Positions 22,524 to 31,966 of a stretch of DNA of 64,000 nucleotides are shown piece after piece. Location of the stretch: NCBI GenBank assembly GCA_963707935.1, contig CAVPRN010000001.1:589030-653029 (forward strand). The letters are read 5' to 3'. This DNA is from an uncultured Acidobacteriota bacterium (GTDB taxonomy: Bacteria; Acidobacteriota; Thermoanaerobaculia; UBA5066; Gp7-AA6). The notes beneath the pieces are model-generated. The model made no database searches, was not told the origin of the DNA, and saw only the letters and a list, made by a program, of their open reading frames with translations. The number at the start of each line of letters is the position of its first letter. Positions within the stretch are counted from its first letter, which is position 1. Both the position numbers and the translations under genes were made by a program.

Positions 22524-23265
22524 CTAGAATACGAACACTCCGATCGCCGCCGCGAACATCAGCAGCGCGGTCGCCGCGACGGCCGCGCGCGCGAGCGGCG
22601 AGCTCGGCTGGCCCTTCATCAAGGCGCGGTCCGAGGCAACGGCGAGGATGGCGACGAGGAGAAACGGCGCGAGGAGACCGTTCGCGACGGCGCTCCCGTA
22701 TAGAGCCCGCACGGGGTTGACGTCGGCGAAATCGAGCGCCACGCCGGCCGCCGTCGAGAGCGTCATGACGGCGTAGAAGTAGCGCGCCCCGGAGAGCTTC
22801 TGGTCGAGCCCCTGTTTCCGACGCCGAAGAGCACGACGAAGAGGTGCGAATTCCATCCCGTCAGCATTTCGGCGGCGTCCGCCATGCCGGCGAGGTCCGC
22901 CGCGATGTTGATCGTGTTGGCGAGCAGAAGCGCGACCGACACGGCGACGAGCACGCGCTTCGGGAACTTGCGCCGCAGCGCCCCCGCGAGGCCGCGCCCG
23001 GTCACCATGCCGATCCGCGCGCACATCATCTGCACCGCGGCCATGAGGGGCCAGGTCAGGAGCGCCGTCCAGAGGAGCGTCGTGCCGAGCTGGGCGCCCG
23101 CGACCGAATAGGTCGCCACCCCGGAAGGATCGTCGTCCGCCGCGCCCGCGACGATGCCGGGCCCCAGGGCCTCCCGCCACGCGCCGGAAGGGCGTCGGCG
23201 GAGGCGGCGTCTGGTCGATTTCGAGTTGCGGCTCGGGCACGCGCGGCTTTCTCCATCGGAAAACT
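22524..23265 (-). pseudogene. Nramp-family divalent metal transporter remnant (frame changes and a missing central part)
   Basis: The N-terminal part GPGIVAGAADDDPSGVATYSVAGAQLGTTLLW...ANTINIAADLAGMADAAEML is in one frame. The C-terminal part YFYAVMTLSTAAGVALDFADVNPVRALYGSAVANGLLAPFLLV...IGVFVF is in another. Together they give only about 225 aa, against the roughly 400+ aa expected for 11-TM Nramp proteins. Confidence 0.65.
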
Positions 23266-23311
23266 TCGGCGCGGGAGATACGATTCCGAGAGATTCGAAG
23301 GAGAGACCACG

Positions 23312-24712
23312 ATGAACTTCGATCGCCGCCGCTTCCTCGCAGCCTCCGGGGCCGCCGCCGCGGCCTCGTTGTCCGGCGCTTCCGCGTCGTCGACGCCGCC
23401 AGCATCCGGCGCCGGCACCCGCTCGGCTTCGCTGTTCCTGACCGAGGACGACGGCCTGAAGCCCGCGACGGTCGATCGCCTGCCGCTCGGGTGGCACCAG
23501 GGGAGGCTCCAGGCGCTCCAGGCGAAGCTCCGCGAGCGGGATTACGCGGGCCTGCTCCTGCGCGACCGGTGGAACATCATCTACTTCACGGGTCTCTACT
23601 TCACGACGACCGAGCGCCCCTTCCACGTCTTCCTGCCGACCGACCGGCTCGCCGCGATCTGGTTCTACCCGAGCCTCGACCGCGACCTCGTCTCGAGCTG
23701 GTGGGCGACGGACGCCGAGTCCTACTTCGATTTCCGCCACGCCGACGGTGCCTTCCCCAACGAGGGCCGCGTCCAGCAGGGAGCGAGCGTCGATCTCTTC
23801 GAGTGGATGGCGAAGGGCCTCAAGAAGCGCGGCCTGGACGGCAAGCGGATCGCGACGGACTGGGAGCTCTCGCGTTCCGAGCAGTCGACCGTCGGCCGGG
23901 TCTTCACGAAGGAAACGCGTTTCGACTCGGTCGCGGAAGAGTGCGAGCGGATGCGGATGGTGAAGACCCCCGAGGAGCTCGCGCTCTGGCGCCGCGCCTA
24001 CCGCATCTTCGACGAGACGCACGCCTTCGCGCGCGACCTCCTGCTCGAGAAGGGAACCGATCTGACGGACTACCAGCTCGCCATGGCCGCAACCGAGCAC
24101 GGCATGGGACTCCTCATGAAGGACATCCGGCGCGACGGCCGGCCGCACACGGCGGTCGGGATCGAGCTCGAGATCGGCTGCCGGGTCGGTGCGGGCAACG
24201 CCTACCCGCACCCCAACCAGTTCCACTACAACCGGATCGAGAAGGGGAAATCGCTCCAGATCGACGGCGGCGTCGCGATCGCCGGCTGCGGAGGCGAGCT
24301 CTACCGCCAGTTCCTGATCGCCCCGACCACCGACCACCAGAGGAAGGTGTGGACGGTCGTGCGCGACTGCTGCCTGATGCAGAAGGACCTTTCCCGGGAA
24401 GGCGTCGCCTGCTCGACGGTCGCGTACCGGATCCACCAGTACCAGATGAAACAGGGGGTCCAGAAGTACATCTACCACCGGCCCGCCCACGGGATGGGGA
24501 TGGAAGGGCATCAGCCGCCGTACCTCGCGCTCGGCGACTACACGATGCTCGAGCCGGGGATGATCTTCTCCGTCGAGCCGGGCCTCTTCGATCCGGATGT
24601 CGGGTTCGGCGTGAACTTCTCCGACGGCTTCGTCGTGCAGTCGGGGGACCGGCCTTCGCTCCAGATGTCGCGGCTGCCCTGGTCGGAGGAGTGGTGCCTG
24701 GTCACGCTGTAG
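23312..24712 (+). CDS. M24-family (creatinase/prolidase fold) protein with twin-arginine signal, paralog 1
   Basis: RBS GAAGGAG. Tat motif MNFDRRRFLAASGAAAAA. Pita-bread fold blocks MRMVKTPEELALWRRAY, HRPAHGMGMEGHQPP and PGMIFSVEPGLF. Confidence 0.8.
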   Translation: MNFDRRRFLAASGAAAAASLSGASASSTPPASGAGTRSASLFLTEDDGLKPATVDRLPLGWHQGRLQALQAKLRERDYAGLLLRDRWNIIYFTGLYFTTTERPFHVFLPTDRLAAIWFYPSLDRDLVSSWWATDAESYFDFRHADGAFPNEGRVQQGASVDLFEWMAKGLKKRGLDGKRIATDWELSRSEQSTVGRVFTKETRFDSVAEECERMRMVKTPEELALWRRAYRIFDETHAFARDLLLEKGTDLTDYQLAMAATEHGMGLLMKDIRRDGRPHTAVGIELEIGCRVGAGNAYPHPNQFHYNRIEKGKSLQIDGGVAIAGCGGELYRQFLIAPTTDHQRKVWTVVRDCCLMQKDLSREGVACSTVAYRIHQYQMKQGVQKYIYHRPAHGMGMEGHQPPYLALGDYTMLEPGMIFSVEPGLFDPDVGFGVNFSDGFVVQSGDRPSLQMSRLPWSEEWCLVTL

Positions 24713-24762
24713 GCCGCCGATTCGCTGGTACGATTCGCTGCGATTCTCGAAGGAGGTTTCGA

Positions 24763-26154
24763 ATGACCTGGAACCGGCGCCGTTTCCTCTCGACGTCGGG
24801 AGCCGCGGTGGGCTCGCTCGCCCTGGCGTCCTCCGCGCGCGCGGCCGCCGCGCCCGCTTCCCGATCGGCCGCCCTCTTCCTGACGGAGGACGACGGCCTG
24901 AAGCCCTCGACCCTCGATCGGCTGCCTCTCGAGTGGCACCAGGCGCGCCTGAAGCTGCTGCAGGGGAAGCTCCAGGAAGACGGGTACGCCGGGATCCTGC
25001 TCGGGGACCCGATGAACATCATCTACTTCACCGGGCTCTTCTTCACGTCCACGGAGCGCCCGTTCCGCGTGTACCTGCCGGCCGACCGCCTCGCGGCCAT
25101 CTGGTTCGTCCCCGGGATCGACCGGGATTCGGTCAAGAGCTGGTGGGCGACGGAGGAGGAGGTCTACTTCGACTTCCCGCACGCCGAGGGAGGCTTCCCG
25201 AACGAAGGGAAGGTCCAGCAGGGTGAGACCGTGGATCCCCTCGAGTGGGCGTTTCAGGGCTTGAAGAAGCGCGGGCTCGACGGCAAGAAGATCGCGACGG
25301 ACTGGGAGCTGTCGCGCGGACAGCTCGCGAAGGTCGGCAAGGTGTTCTTGAAGGACACGAAGATCGAGTCGGTCGCGGACCGCTGCGAGAAGATGCGCAT
25401 GGTCAAGACGCCCGAAGAGCTCGCCCTCTGGCGCCGCGCCTACCGCGTCTTCGACGAGACGCACGCCTTCGCGCGGGACCTGCTCCTCGAGAAGGGGACC
25501 GACCTGACGGATTTCGAGCTCGGCATGGCGGCGACCGAGTGGGGCACCAATCGGCTCATGGAGTCGATCAAACGCGACGGGGGCTCGCACACCGCGGTCG
25601 GGATCGAGTGCGAGATCGGTGTGCGGGTGGGACGCGGAACGGCGTATCCGCATCCGAACCAGTTCCACCACAACAAGATCCAGAAGGGTCAGGCGCTCCA
25701 GATCGCGGGAGGCGTCGGCATCGCGGGCTGCGGCGGCGAGCTCTATCGGGCGTTCCTGATCGCCCCCTGGACCGATCAGCAGAAGAAGCTCTGGACGGTG
25801 TCGCGCGACTGCTGCGTCATGCAAAAGGACCTTTCGCGCGCGGGGGTGGCCTGCTCGACCGTGGCCTACCAGATCCACCGGCACCAGGTGAAGAACGGGG
25901 TGCAGAAATACATCTACCACCGGCCGGCACACGGCATGGGGATGGAGGGGCACCAGCCCCCGTACCTCGCGCTCGGGGACTACACGATGCTCGAGCCCGG
26001 GATGATCTTCTCGGTCGAGCCGGGTCTGTACGACCTCGAGAATGGATTCGGCGTCAACTTCTCCGACGGATTCTTCGTCCAGGCGGGGGACAAACCGTCG
26101 CTCCAGATGTCGCGCCTGCCCTGGTCGGAAGAGTGGTGTCTGGTCAAGCTCTGA
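24763..26154 (+). CDS. M24-family protein with twin-arginine signal, paralog 2 (tandem duplicate)
   Basis: Tat motif MTWNRRRFLSTSGAAVG. Long runs are identical to paralog 1, for example YIYHRPAHGMGMEGHQPPYLALGDYTMLEPGMIFSVEPGL and PSLQMSRLPWSEEWCLV. Confidence 0.8.
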   Translation: MTWNRRRFLSTSGAAVGSLALASSARAAAAPASRSAALFLTEDDGLKPSTLDRLPLEWHQARLKLLQGKLQEDGYAGILLGDPMNIIYFTGLFFTSTERPFRVYLPADRLAAIWFVPGIDRDSVKSWWATEEEVYFDFPHAEGGFPNEGKVQQGETVDPLEWAFQGLKKRGLDGKKIATDWELSRGQLAKVGKVFLKDTKIESVADRCEKMRMVKTPEELALWRRAYRVFDETHAFARDLLLEKGTDLTDFELGMAATEWGTNRLMESIKRDGGSHTAVGIECEIGVRVGRGTAYPHPNQFHHNKIQKGQALQIAGGVGIAGCGGELYRAFLIAPWTDQQKKLWTVSRDCCVMQKDLSRAGVACSTVAYQIHRHQVKNGVQKYIYHRPAHGMGMEGHQPPYLALGDYTMLEPGMIFSVEPGLYDLENGFGVNFSDGFFVQAGDKPSLQMSRLPWSEEWCLVKL

Positions 26155-26167
26155 GGGATTCGGCGAT

Positions 26168-26839
26168 ATGAAGCTCTGGAAGAAGATCCTCCTCGGCCTC
26201 GGGCTCCTCGTCCTCGCGGTCGTCGCCTACGGCGTCGTCTCGTTCGGCCCCAAGAACGTCATCGGGATGCTGCGCTACGACCAGCGCGAAAAGGGGAAGC
26301 TGAAAGTCGGCGATGCGGCTCCGGATGTCGCGCTCCTCGCTCTGGACGGCTCGACCCCGGTGAAGCTCCAGGATTCGATCGGCGGAAAGCCCCTCGTCCT
26401 CGTCTTCGGCAGCTTCACCTGACCCCCCTTCCGCCGCTCGGTCGAGCGCGTGCAGGCGATGAACCGCAAGTACGGAGAGCGGGTGCGGTTCCTGACCCTC
26501 TACATCAAGGAGGCGCATCCCGAAGACGAGTGGCAGATGGAATCCAACGCGAAGGACAAGGACAACGTCTGCTACAAGCAGCCCCGGACCACGGCGGAGC
26601 GCGTGGCGATCGCCAACGACTTCGTCAAGCGATTTCACTACGACATCCCGCTCGTCGTCGATCCGATCGAGAACCGCGCCAACGCCGTCTACGCGGGCTG
26701 GCCCGAGCGCTTCTACATCGTGGACGAGCAGGGCACGATCGTCTACAAGGGCAAGCCCGGCCCCTTCGGCTTCCACCCCGAGGAGGTCGAGGCCTGGCTC
26801 GCGAAGCGCTTTCCGGAGAGCACAGCGGCGGGAGGCTAG
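26168..26839 (+). CDS. Membrane-anchored iodothyronine-deiodinase-like thioredoxin-fold selenoprotein (in-frame TGA = Sec at 26420-26422)
   Basis: ORFs 26042..26422 and 26450..26839 share one frame. The joined sequence is KPLVLVFGSFT-U-PPFRRSVERVQAMNRKYGERVRFLTLYIKEAHPEDEW ... YAGWPERFYIVDEQGTIVYKGKPGPFGF. This matches the deiodinase signatures FGSxTUPPF, YIxEAHPxDxW and ERxYVI..G.I.Y.G..GP. N-terminal TM helix KKILLGLGLLVLAVVAYGVV. Confidence 0.85.
26432..26450 (+). promoter_or_regulatory. Candidate bacterial SECIS hairpin
   Basis: CG(C)CGCUC-GGUC-GAGCGCG forms a 7-bp stem with one bulged C and a GGUC loop. It starts 9 nt after the UGA, so the loop G-U sits 22-23 nt from the U of UGA. Confidence 0.6.
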
Positions 26840-27573
26840 ACCGGGCGCCGCAGCTCTTCCTCCGATAGGCAAGGGTTGATCTCGAGCCACAGGATCTGTG
26901 TTCTCTGCATCTGTCGGCCGGACTCGAGCTCCACCTGTTCGGAGGCGAAGGGAAACAGGACGCCGTCGACGGGGCGGAAGTCCGAATAGCGGTTCTCGAT
27001 CCAGACCGGCCGCGGATCGACGTCCGGGTGGAGCGGGCGCAGGTCGCGCTGGATCGTGATCTGACCGGTCACGGTGTCGATCCAGCGCCACGTCCGAAAG
27101 CCATCCGAGAGCTCGAGCCGCAGCACGTCGTACTGCCGGCCGGCGGAAGTCCGATGTCCCTCGAGCACGATCCGGTGGCCGAGGCGCGGCAGCTCCTGGA
27201 GGCCGTACAGGTTGAAGAGCCGGCCGTGCTCGAGCGCGGCGACGCCATCCTCGGTCGCGTCCCGAGGAGGTCCGCTTTTGCCCATCGACCAGCCTCCCCG
27301 CTCGTCCAGCCCTTCGGAAAAGACGCGGCGTCCCTGAAGGAAGATGTCCACGCGCACGCGGCCCTCGCGTTCGGCCAAATAGGTGCCTTCCACCGCGAAG
27401 CCCGGCTCTTCGACCCGCAGGCGCACCCGTATCGAGCGGGTCGCTTCCACCGCCGCGGCGCCTCCACGGGATTGCGCGTTTCGGGCGAGGACATCCTCGA
27501 GCGAAGGGGCGCCTGCGGCCACGCGCCACAGGACCAGGCAGGCTCCGAGGCTCTTCCATCCGCACGCTGTCAT
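26836..27573 (-). CDS. Secreted hypothetical protein (possibly a LolA-like lipoprotein-sorting fold)
   Basis: Signal-like MTACGWKSLGACLVLWRVAAGAP and a beta-rich body. The family assignment is tentative. Confidence 0.45.
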   Translation of the reverse strand: MTACGWKSLGACLVLWRVAAGAPSLEDVLARNAQSRGGAAAVEATRSIRVRLRVEEPGFAVEGTYLAEREGRVRVDIFLQGRRVFSEGLDERGGWSMGKSGPPRDATEDGVAALEHGRLFNLYGLQELPRLGHRIVLEGHRTSAGRQYDVLRLELSDGFRTWRWIDTVTGQITIQRDLRPLHPDVDPRPVWIENRYSDFRPVDGVLFPFASEQVELESGRQMQRTQILWLEINPCLSEEELRRPV

Positions 27574-27605
27574 CCTGCGGATTGGACGGTCCGCCGCGGA
27601 TTCGG

Positions 27606-28118
27606 TTAGGAAGGCCCCGCCGTCCCCCGGCGGAACTCGTTTCGCCTCGTCCAGACGAAGACGAGGATCGCCAGGTTGACGGCGAAGAGCAGGTAGCCGC
27701 GCGGGTCGTGCGGGCGCTCGGCGATCTCGCGGAGCTCGACGGGGATTCCGAGCGCGGTCAGGAAGATCGTGAAGTACGTCGCCCACCAGATCCGCGCCGC
27801 GAGGAAGGATCCCTCGGCGCCGAAGACGATCCCGATCAGGATCGTCGCCAGACCGAGAGACTGGACCTGCCCGGGCGTGAAGCGCTCGAAGAACTCCTGG
27901 AGCTTCTCGACCCCGAAGCGGTGCGCGTTGACGCCCAGCATCTCCGCGAGCTCCATCGTCGGATCCTTCCGGGAGAGGTGCGCGATGTGGAGAACGGTCG
28001 CGCCGAGCAGGAGGAAGCCGATCGCTTTCAGATACTTGAAGACAATGACCCCGATGAATCCGGCCGTCAGCTTCGGCAGGCGTTTCGAGTCGCGCGGGAG
28101 GTCCGTCTCTTCGGTCAT
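27606..28118 (-). CDS. DUF2127-like integral membrane protein
   Basis: Four predicted TM helices, including FKYLKAIGFLLLGATVL near the N-terminus and a WWATYFTIFLTALGIPVELREI block. Confidence 0.55.
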   Translation of the reverse strand: MTEETDLPRDSKRLPKLTAGFIGVIVFKYLKAIGFLLLGATVLHIAHLSRKDPTMELAEMLGVNAHRFGVEKLQEFFERFTPGQVQSLGLATILIGIVFGAEGSFLAARIWWATYFTIFLTALGIPVELREIAERPHDPRGYLLFAVNLAILVFVWTRRNEFRRGTAGPS

Positions 28119-28248
28119 CGTCTCCGGGGAGCGAAGTTTCGCACATAGAATCCCGTTCGCGAATTTCTGACCAGAGACGCCGACTCACGGGATGCGCGGG
28201 CCATCCGTCCGGGCCCGAGCGCCGCGGAGGCATGGGAAGGAGAGGGCG

Positions 28249-29254
28249 ATGAAGAGACGGGTGATCGGTCTGCTGATCTTCGCAGCGGCGGTCTCGGCCA
28301 GGGCGCAGGAGCCGGTGCTCCGCTACGTGCCGAAGCACGAGGAGTTGAAGTACACCTTCGGCGGGGTCGCGCCGACGCACCGGATCAAACCGGGGACGCG
28401 GATCGTCACCTGGACGGAGGACTGCTACGACGGCGGGCTCACGAAGCGGGGACAGAAGCCGAGCGAGGTCCTCCAGCCCGGCCACGACAATCCGCAGACG
28501 GGCCCCTTCTACGTCGAGGGGGCGGAGCCGGGGGACACGCTCGTCGTCCGCATCGAGAAGCTCGAGCCGGCGCGCGACTACGCCTTCTCCGTCATGTTCC
28601 CGGGATTCGGCGCCCTGAAGGGCACCGACAAGACGGCGATCCTGAACCCGGAGCTGCCGGAGACTCGCCTGGTACTACGAGGTGGACCGCGGCAAGGGCG
28701 TCGCCCGCACGCGCTCGCAGGACGGGAAGCACTCGTGGGAGGTGCCGCTCGCGCCTTTTCTCGGCTGCCTGGGAGTCTCGCCGGCCTGGGGCGAAGCCCG
28801 CTCGACGATCGTGCCGGGCGACTTCGGCGGCAACATGGACTGTCCCGAAGTGCGCGCCGGCAACACCGTCTATCTCGGCGTGCGCGTGCCGGGCGCCCTC
28901 GTCTCCTTCGGCGACGGGCACTACGCCATGGGAGACGGCGAGATCATGGGCACGGCGATCGAGGGCGCGATGAACGTCGAGCTGACCGTGGACCTGATCA
29001 AGAAGAAGGAGACGCCCTGGCCGCGGATCGAGAACGCGGAATGGATGATGTCGCTCGGCGCCGCGCGGCCGCTCGAAGACGCCGCCCGCATCGCGTTCAA
29101 GGACATGGTGCGTTGGGTCGCGGAGAAGACGGGCATGGGCGAGCTCGACGCCTACGAGTTCGTCTCCCAGAATGCGAAGGCGCCGATCGTCGAGCTCGTG
29201 GACCCCGAGTACACGGTCCTCGTCAAGATCCCGAAGAGCCGTCTGCCGAAATAG
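28249..29254 (+). CDS. Secreted acetamidase/formamidase-family amidohydrolase, with one apparent +1 frameshift near 28668
   Basis: Signal MKRRVIGLLIFAAAVSARA. Family blocks GPFYVEGAEPGDTLVV and, after the frame change, WYYEVDRGKG...GNMDCPEVRAGNTVYLGV...GDGHYAMGDGEI. Confidence 0.8.
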
Positions 29255-29264
29255 CCCGTCGGGA

Positions 29265-29288
29265 AACTATATCAACTTTGATATAGTT
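29265..29288. repeat. A/T-rich palindrome AACTATATCAA-CT-TTGATATAGTT between convergent genes
   Basis: 11-bp perfect arms. It overlaps the last codons and stop (29267-29269) of the dehydrogenase gene and lies about 10 nt after the formamidase stop. Confidence 0.8.
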
Positions 29289-30391
29289 GGCCGGACGAGG
29301 GCCTTCACGACCCGCAGCGCCGCCATGTCCTCGAGCGCGCGGCCCGCTTCCTCGAGCGGGTACTCGCGCGTCACGAGCTCTCTCCAGCGAAAGCGTTCCC
29401 GGTGCTTCGCCATGAGTACCAGCGCCCGGTGGAGGTGCGTGAACTCGTAGCCCCACGAGCCGAGGATCGTCGCGTGCTTGCGGTTGATGTGGCGGTGCGG
29501 ATTCAGAGCCGTGTCCCCGGCGTCCGTGTACTGCCCGACGACGACGTACCGGCCGGCGTCCCGGAGCATCTCGAGCCCCTCGGGCACGGCGGCCGGGTTG
29601 CCCGAGGCCTCGATCACGACGTCGGCGCCGCGCCCCGAGGTCCGGTCGCGCACCCAGCGGACGCGCTCGGCCGGGTCGGCCGCCGCCGTGATGTCGCAGA
29701 CGTCCTCGGCGCCGAGCCGGCGGGCCGCGTCGAGGCGCGCGGCCGGCGCGCCGATCACGAGGACCCGCGCCGCCCCGGCGAGCTGCGCGAAGATCGCGGC
29801 GTTCAGCCCGACCGGGCCGCTCCCCTGGACGACGACGGTGTCGGCCAGAAGGATCTCCGCGCGCTCGATCGCGTGGAAGGCCGTCGGCAGGCCGCATCCG
29901 CCTCCGAGAAACTCCTCCGCATCGATCCCGGCCGGAAGCGGCACGACGCGCGCGCCCGGCTTCACCTCGATTGCCTCCGCCCATCCGCCGAGCAGGCCCT
30001 CCTCCGCCGAGGTCGTGATGCCGTACACGCGGCGGCTCGGGCAGCGCGTCGAGGCCTTCGCGACGAGGCAGTGCCAGCAGGCGCCGCAGGTCCCGAAGAC
30101 GTCGTAGATCGTGACGAGCGTCCCGGTCGGGATCTCCGCGCCCTCGACGTCCCGAAGCGTCCCGTTCGTTTCGGCGAGGCGACCGCAGGCGACGTGGCCG
30201 GGGATGATCGGGTAGGGAACGCCGGCGAGTCTTCCATGGTGGAGGTGCACGTCGGTCCCGCAGACCTCGGAGGCGACGGTCTCGAGCACGAGCGCCGCCC
30301 GGCTCCGGGCGCGGGCGCGGGTACGCGCGAAGCTCGATCGGCCGGTTCGGCCCCGGCATCACGGCCGCGCGGATCGTGTCTCGGATCGCCA
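29267..30391 (-). CDS. Zinc-dependent medium-chain alcohol dehydrogenase family protein, with one apparent +1 frameshift near 30296
   Basis: SEVCGTDVHL, GHVACG and GTCGACWHCLVAKASTRC zinc motifs, plus VVVQGSGPVGL Rossmann motif. The N-terminal AAVMPGPNRPIELRAYPRPRPEPG lies in the adjacent frame. Start codon is uncertain. Confidence 0.75.
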
Positions 30392-30718
30392 CGGCGGCGA
30401 GTCTATCGAGCCGGCCCGGCCCGGCGGCGCGCCGAGAGGAGGAGAGCGACGGCACAGGTCGCGGCCGCTCCGAGGAGCGAGTACCAGGGTCACGCGATGC
30501 GGCGGCCGAGCGGAAAGTCGATCCAGCCTTTCGACCCGAGCCACAGGAAGAGAAGAAGCGCGGTCGAGACGAAGAGCGTCCGGAGGAGATCGGTCTCCCC
30601 GACGCGCCGCGCGAAGCGCGCGAGCCGGAACGCGCCGAGGAGTGCTCCCGCGGTCACCGACATCTGCGCGAAGCGCGAGCGGGACCGACTCCATTGAGGC
30701 GGGCCGAAGACGCCCTGA

Positions 30719-31934
30719 TCAGCGGGGCGCCGCGGCCCGGCGTCGCGCCCCTCGGGCCGAGAGGTCCGCGGCGTCGAGCCGCCGCGCCGCTTCGCGGAGC
30801 GTCTCTTCCTTCTTCGCGAAGTTGACGCGGGCGCGGGTCTTCCCGCCGCCGCGCGCGTAGAAGGAAGACCCCGGCACCGCGAGCACGCCGACTCTCCGCG
30901 CGAGAAAATCGACGAACTCCCAGTCGTCCTTCCAGCCGAGGCGGCGCGGCGTCCACCATGACGTAGTAGGAACCCTCCGGTTCCGCGTGGTCGAGCCCCG
31001 CACGGGTCAGGGCCGGCAGCAGGATGTCGCGCCGCGCCGCGTAGGCCCGGCGCAGGTCGTAGTAGTACGAATCGGGCAACGCCAGCGCCGTCTTGCCCGC
31101 CTCCTGGAAGGGGGCCGGCGCGCAGATCGTCAGGTAGTCGTGCACCTTGCGGACGAGCGCGGTCAGCGGCGCCGCGGCGACCGCCCAGCCCACGCGCCAG
31201 CCGGTCACGGCGTAGGTCTTCCCGAGACCCGAGAGCGTCACGCAGCGGTCCTCCATTCCGGGCAGCGACCCGAGGCTCACGTGCCGGTGGCCCTCGTACC
31301 AGATGTGCTCGTAGATCTCGTCGACGACCGCGATGAGGCCGTGTCGCTGGCAGATGCGCGAGATCTCCTCGAGCTCGTCGCGGCGAAGGACGCGGCCCGA
31401 CGGATTCCCCGGCGTGTTGAGGAGCAGCAGCCGCGTCCGCTTGCGAATCGCGCGCTCGAGGCGCCGAAGATCGATCGCGTAGTCCGGCTCGCGCATCGGG
31501 ACGAACCGCGGCGTCACGCCCGCGAGCACGCAGGCCGGCAGGTAGTTCTCGTACCAGGGCTCGAGGATCACGACTTCGTCGCCGGGCTCCGTCAGGGCGA
31601 GCACCGCCGCGACCTCGGCCTCGGAGACGCCGCACGTCACCGTGATGTCGGTCGCGGGATCGACGTCCATGGCATTGAAGCGCCGGTACTTCTCCGCGAG
31701 GGCCTCCCGGAAGGATTCTTCGCCCCACGGATACGTGTACTGGTGGAAGCCGGGGCCGGCCGCGCGCGCGAGCGCCGCGAGGAGCTCCGGCGGCGGATCG
31801 AAGTCGGGCAGGCCCTGCGCGAGGTTGACGCCGCCCACCTCGGCGCCGAGGCGCGTCATCTCCCGGATGACCGACTCCTGGAAGGGGCGCGTGCGGCGGG
31901 AGAGGCGCAGCTTGCGACGGGAAGCGGGGCGCAT
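30719..31934 (-). CDS. Class I/II pyridoxal-phosphate aminotransferase, with one apparent +1 frameshift near 30940
   Basis: VNLAQGLPDF, LLLNTPGNPSG and SLSGLGKTYAVTGWRVGW (PLP lysine block). The C-terminal LGWKDDWEFVDFLARRVGVLAVPGSSFY lies in the next frame. Confidence 0.8.
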
Positions 31935-31966
31935 CGCCGACTTAGACTATCCCGTCTCCCGCCGCG

